From the NCBI GenBank assembly GCA_038523235.1, contig JBCBJQ010000002.1, forward strand, positions 32,001 to 96,000: 64,000 nucleotides of DNA, written 5' to 3'. Position 1 is the first letter of the stretch; each line of letters opens with the position of its first letter. Under the pieces are notes generated by a model. It was given only the letters and a program-made list of their open reading frames with translations. It did not search any database and was not told the origin of the DNA. A program made the translations under genes and the position numbers. This document shows positions 59,420-64,000 of this stretch, in pieces. This stretch comes from Cyanobacteria bacterium J06626_4. GTDB taxonomy: Bacteria; Cyanobacteriota; Cyanobacteriia; Phormidesmidales; Phormidesmidaceae.

Positions 59420-60514
59420 TTGCTGCTGATGCTCGTCAACCTGGCCTACCTGCTTCGCAAACCCACCGGCACCACCAACTACGCGCTCAACCTGCTGCCG
59501 CATTTGATGCCGTTAAATCCTTGCTATTTAGCCACAGCGGCGAGCGGGCTCGATGAGGATGACTACATTCCGGTGCCGCCTAACCTCACAGCGGAATCGG
59601 GTCTCTCGGGACATCTGCGACGACTCCTGTGGACGCAGTTGCGCTTGCCGCAGCTGTATCGGCAGCAGGTGGCCCAACACCGGGCCGCTGATTTGCTCTT
59701 CTGCCCAATCGCCGAAGCGCCCCTGTTTACCCGCTGCCGGTTTGTCGTCACGATTCACGATTTAATTCCGCTGCGGTTCCCCGTCTCGAAGGCGCAGACG
59801 TGGCTGCATCGCCATTACATTCCTCGGGTGTTGGCAGCGGCGGAGCATATTATCTGCAATTCGCAGGCCACAGCGGATGACCTGATGCAGTTTTATGGTT
59901 TAAGGGCCCAGCAGATCACGCCCATTTTGCTGGCCTATGATGCCGATAACTTTCGGCCCTTGGACTTGCCGCAGCACAACTATTTTTTGCTGTTGGGCCG
60001 TCACGCCCCCTATAAAAACTATGGCGTGGTGCTACAAGCATTGGCGCAACTGCGCGATCGCGCTGAGGGTAATTATGAGCTGTGGATAGCGGGGCCATCT
60101 GATCCGCGTTACACGCCCGATTTGCAGCGACAGGTACAGGCACTGGGCCTGACGCCGCAGGTCAAATTCTTAGACTATGTGCCCTATGCACAGCTGCCGG
60201 TCTTGTTGAATCAGGCGCTGGCGCTGGTTCTGCCTAGCCTGTGGGAAGGGTTTGGCCTGCCGGTGCTAGAGGCGATGGCCTGCGGGACGCCGGTGATTGC
60301 CTCTAATCTCGCCTCGATTCCCGAAGTGGCGGGAGGAGCAGCGCTGCTAGTGCATCCGACTGAGGTGGCTGCGATCGCCCAGCATATGCAGGCCATCGCC
60401 AAAGATACCCAACTGCGTCAACAACTCAGTTCAGCGGGCCGGAAGCGCGCCGCTCAGTTCAGCTGGCGTCAAACTGGGGCGGCGACCGCCGAGCGATTGC
60501 GGGCTTTTCTCTAA
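59420..60514 (+). CDS. Glycosyltransferase family 4
   Basis: [30 protein letters not shown]. Confidence 0.93.
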   Translation: MLLMLVNLAYLLRKPTGTTNYALNLLPHLMPLNPCYLATAASGLDEDDYIPVPPNLTAESGLSGHLRRLLWTQLRLPQLYRQQVAQHRAADLLFCPIAEAPLFTRCRFVVTIHDLIPLRFPVSKAQTWLHRHYIPRVLAAAEHIICNSQATADDLMQFYGLRAQQITPILLAYDADNFRPLDLPQHNYFLLLGRHAPYKNYGVVLQALAQLRDRAEGNYELWIAGPSDPRYTPDLQRQVQALGLTPQVKFLDYVPYAQLPVLLNQALALVLPSLWEGFGLPVLEAMACGTPVIASNLASIPEVAGGAALLVHPTEVAAIAQHMQAIAKDTQLRQQLSSAGRKRAAQFSWRQTGAATAERLRAFL

Positions 60515-61010
60515 CCCTTTAGTGGTAGCGACTTTCTCTCGCGGCGGCGGCGACGAGGGACAGCCTGAAGGATAGGGGCGAGCACCAGCACAAGGCAAAC
60601 TGTCCTTTGATCAAATCATTCAGGACTGCCGGGCCAGCTGAAAAGGTAATGAGATCAATCTTTTATCGCAGTCGCCAGTCCGATTAGGTCGAGATGGCGG
60701 CCACTTCGCTGACGCGCCTAGAAGCAGAGCACTCCTACAGCGAGCCGCAGTCAGGTTTGGACATTTTAATCGCCGGATCGCTGGCGGCAAGTCCCTTTCC
60801 TGTACCTTGAACCCTGAACCTTTCTACCCTCTGCCATACCAGTGCTACAAATTACAGCGACACAGACAAGTTGGCTTCAACTCCGCTCAGCCGACATTCC
60901 TTGAACGGAGTGGAAAGGAAGATCTGTCGTCCAGTCTCCGAGAGTTGGGATTAGAGGGCTGGCTCCCACCTTGCTCTTGAACCGCTATCGGGCCCATCGC
61001 CCTGGCCAGA

Positions 61011-61838
61011 TCATTGGTCATAGCCCAGCACAACACCCCAAAACGCGTCTTCAAACACGCCCTCGTTGGCTTCAATGGTGACGCGCTTCGCCCAGGTAAA
61101 CACATCGAAGCTAACCTGGCCACTGTCATGTTTGCCGAAGGTGCCCTTTTGAATGTTGATGTCACCCACCAAGGCGATCCAGTGGTTGGGCACGGTGATG
61201 CGGGGTTTATGCTGGCCCAACAGGCTCTCAGCGGTAATCAAACCGAGGGCGACGCCGCCCTGATCTAACACAGCGGCGGCTTTCTTGAGGGCGGCCAAAT
61301 CGCGCAAAACATAGGTGTGAAAGTATTCAACCCGAGGGTAGGCCAAAATTTCGCGCACCCAGCCTTTCATTTCCCAAAATTTTGTCATGCCTGCCAGGTT
61401 ACGGATGATTTCAGGCGCGTTGGGTTCAACGGGAAACAAGATGTTTTCCGATTCTCGTAGGGTGGCGAGCACGAGCCAATCGGCTGGCCCCATGCGCAAT
61501 TCGCCTTGGCTAGCGTGGCGGAGTGCCTCAGAGGCTTCAATCCGCTGACTCTGGGTTGGAAAGCCGCCAGTTTCGTAAAGGGATTGGCACAGATTGACGT
61601 ACTTCAGCGGGAATTTGCGCACGAGTTCAAAAAGGACGGCGGCAGGGCCGCAAAAGGGCTGTTGTCCTTGGTTGACCTGGAAGGGATTGTGCAACCGCAT
61701 CCGCATTTCGGTAATGATCTGGGCTTTGTCGAGGTGGGGCCAAACACCCGACGACTCAGCATCGCGAAAAGCATTGAGGGTCGCGATCGCCTCGCGTTTT
61801 TCTGCCGCACTGGCGACGACTTTGGGGGCAGGGCTCAT
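61011..61838 (-). CDS. Hypothetical protein, possible papain-like/C39-like Cys peptidase
   Basis: NQGQQPFCGPAA (Gln..Cys) and NHWIAL (His); start likely ATG 61838 (MSPAPK). Confidence 0.65.
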   Translation of the reverse strand: MSPAPKVVASAAEKREAIATLNAFRDAESSGVWPHLDKAQIITEMRMRLHNPFQVNQGQQPFCGPAAVLFELVRKFPLKYVNLCQSLYETGGFPTQSQRIEASEALRHASQGELRMGPADWLVLATLRESENILFPVEPNAPEIIRNLAGMTKFWEMKGWVREILAYPRVEYFHTYVLRDLAALKKAAAVLDQGGVALGLITAESLLGQHKPRITVPNHWIALVGDINIQKGTFGKHDSGQVSFDVFTWAKRVTIEANEGVFEDAFWGVVLGYDQ

Positions 61839-62432
61839 GCAGGTTCTCCGGGTGTGGCAATCATGGACTGACCGATCAGCATGCACAGAGCAACAGCAGC
61901 AGCGACGGTCAGTACAGAATTCAACAGTGATTCCCGCCATTCCGCAGAGGGCGATCGCCCCTTCAACCACAGCCCCATGAGAGGCGCAATTGCTCAGCCC
62001 AGTTAATCTAACCGACCTTAATCAAGCTTGGTCGGTGCTCTTTAAAGCTGGGTGCGACCGCGACGCAGCGGCGATCGCTCAGGCGGCATCGCCGCTAAAC
62101 TCCCATCCCCCAAATGCTGTACAGATTACCTTCAGTGCCTCACAAAGCTGAGTTTTCGAAGCCCTATCACAGCGGAGTGAGTATGCCTTGATGGTTGAAA
62201 TTCATCTCGTCATTGAGCCACACTCTCGCGATTCTACTCGGCTGAAAAATTGACTTTGGAGTGTGACTTAATAAATTTTGTTAGTGTTGGAATACTGCTT
62301 GGTCATTGAGCTTAAGGCACGGAATCCGGCTTATACGACAGCTGTCGGCCAGCTTTTTGTGGTTGCAAGACCTCTCTGTGGGCACTTTTAAGTGAACACA
62401 ATGGTTCACAAATTTCTATTCACTTCAGCCTT

Positions 62433-63275
62433 ATGAAAGCCAACAAACTTTTTATCTTACTGCTAGGTAGCACCCTGTTAATAGCGGGTGGCTGCTCTGG
62501 CACCCGTACCGTCGAAGAAGATGCGACCGCGACCGCCGGCACGATTAAAGTAGGGGGGTCTGCAGAGGCCTACGATGCGATAGAACTGCTGGTTGATGGC
62601 TACAACGCTGAAGTTGGAGAGCTTGAGGCAAACTTTCTCCCGGCTAGTCAAACCAGCGGCGGGATTGAGGGCGTGAAGCAAGCGGCCCTCGATATTGGTG
62701 GCGTGAGCCGCGAGCTCTCAGCGGATGAAATCACCGATGAGCTAACCTACGTGCTGATGGGAGAAACCCCCCTCGTCATCGCCGTACATGAATCGGTCAC
62801 CGGCGTCACCAACATCACCCCGGATCAAATTCAAGGCATTTATCGAGGCGACATCACCAACTGGCAAGAACTGGGCGGCCCCGATGCTGAGATTGTTCTG
62901 CTCGATTTGCCAGAAGATGAGAATGAAAAAAAGGTTCTCCGAGAAGCCTACCTCGGGGATGATTTGGAAATCACCTCTAAAGCAGTCGTTTTCCCTGAAG
63001 ATGATGAACTGTTTGAGACGATTGGCAACTCAGACTTCAGTATGTCGGCAATTCCCCTAGAAGAGGAAACTGAAGAGCTATCCGTCACTGTGTTGAGCAT
63101 TGACGGTGTGGCGCCATCGATTGAAACCATCCAATCCGGGGACTACAAGATGTCTCTGCCCATTGGGTTCGTGATTTCACCGTCACCGGTGCCAGCAGTG
63201 CAGGCTTTGGTGGACTTCATGGCAACTCCAGAGGGGCAAGACATTCTGGTGGAAGCTGAATTCATCGCACCATAA
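62433..63275 (+). CDS. PstS-like (PBP2) substrate-binding lipoprotein
   Basis: Lipobox-like AGGC; IKVGGS, DIGGVSREL, IYRGDITNWQELGGPD. Confidence 0.85.
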   Translation: MKANKLFILLLGSTLLIAGGCSGTRTVEEDATATAGTIKVGGSAEAYDAIELLVDGYNAEVGELEANFLPASQTSGGIEGVKQAALDIGGVSRELSADEITDELTYVLMGETPLVIAVHESVTGVTNITPDQIQGIYRGDITNWQELGGPDAEIVLLDLPEDENEKKVLREAYLGDDLEITSKAVVFPEDDELFETIGNSDFSMSAIPLEEETEELSVTVLSIDGVAPSIETIQSGDYKMSLPIGFVISPSPVPAVQALVDFMATPEGQDILVEAEFIAP

Positions 63276-63467
63276 GCTCAGCAATCAGGGTCTACCATGC
63301 GTATAGCCTCCCTCGATCCCATGGGGGCACTATTCGATCGAGGGAAGCAGACTGGCTTTTGTCGTTCTTCAAGTCTGATGGCTGGCGTTGCGGCGGTGGC
63401 TAACGTTGCCACTTTGATGCCGTCCGCTCTCTCTCTCAATGCCTGCCTCCTGAAAACCGCTAAGTTC

Positions 63468-64000
63468 ATGGCTTTAATCAATCACATTTTTAATTATCGC
63501 CGCTCACCCTTACCGGTCAAAATCGCTCTGCCGTTTATTTTCTTGTTTCTAGGACTGTGGACGACAGGAACTTTCGTTCTGGGAGAATATTTTGCCAACG
63601 TCCTTGATCGCAGGCAAAGGGAGAAAGCCATTGATTTGGCTAACCTGCTTGAGCGCGACTTAGAACAGAAAATGGATAACCTGCGGCGCGATGCTCGTCT
63701 GTTGGCGATTGAATCCACGATTGCCCGCCATACTGCCGAGGGCGATCGTCAAGCGCTGCTGCAGAAACTCTTACCCCTCAAGTCGATATTGGATGCTGAT
63801 GTTATTCAGGTTTTAGATACTGATCGTCAAACCCTGTTAGATACTCGGACCAATGCTCTGCAAGCAGCTGACCTAGAGAAGGATGCTCTCCTCCGCCTGG
63901 TATTGACGGGGACCGAGGTGTCTACGGTCGTCAGGAGTGGCGATGCTGCCCCTGCTTTAATAGTGGGCACGTCTCCGATCAAAACCGAGCAGGGCATTGT
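63468..64000 (+). CDS. Membrane sensor (Cache-type periplasmic domain; histidine kinase or diguanylate cyclase), truncated by the window edge
   Basis: Hand translation MALINHIF...KIALPFIFLFLGLWTTGTFVLG (TM)...GDRQALLQKLLPLKSILDADVIQVLD..., open to the end. Confidence 0.78.
   Translation, partial: MALINHIFNYRRSPLPVKIALPFIFLFLGLWTTGTFVLGEYFANVLDRRQREKAIDLANLLERDLEQKMDNLRRDARLLAIESTIARHTAEGDRQALLQKLLPLKSILDADVIQVLDTDRQTLLDTRTNALQAADLEKDALLRLVLTGTEVSTVVRSGDAAPALIVGTSPIKTEQGI

Overview
Cyanobacterial chromosomal DNA (abundant HIP1 octamer GCGATCGC; AMIN-domain TonB receptors). About 59 kb (1-~59,000), lying just downstream of the 3' end of a tRNA-Pro(CGG), is a metal-acquisition island. It holds four PchR/YbtA-type AraC regulators, four TonB-dependent receptors, TonB, a YbtPQ/IrtAB-like ABC pair, a siderophore-binding lipoprotein, two MFS transporters and an MbnP/MbnH pair. 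At least 11 Fur-box-like palindromes (TGAGAAT-N-ATTCTCA) sit in front of these genes. The most striking feature fills the first 22 kb: four paralogous, very acidic, Cys-free modular proteins (>429, 906, 1375 and 2984 aa). They are built from the same shuffled Calx-beta-like and PPC-like cassettes. The three complete ones share an RTX/type-I-secretion-like C-terminus, two of their transcription units have clear Fur-like boxes, and AraC genes are interleaved among them. I infer they are an iron-regulated extracellular metal-capture or adhesion system. No siderophore synthetase, integrase or CRISPR is visible. Ordinary genes follow the tRNA: a GT4 glycosyltransferase, a putative Cys peptidase, a PstS-like lipoprotein and a truncated sensor. 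All family calls come from motif recognition by eye, not from database searches.
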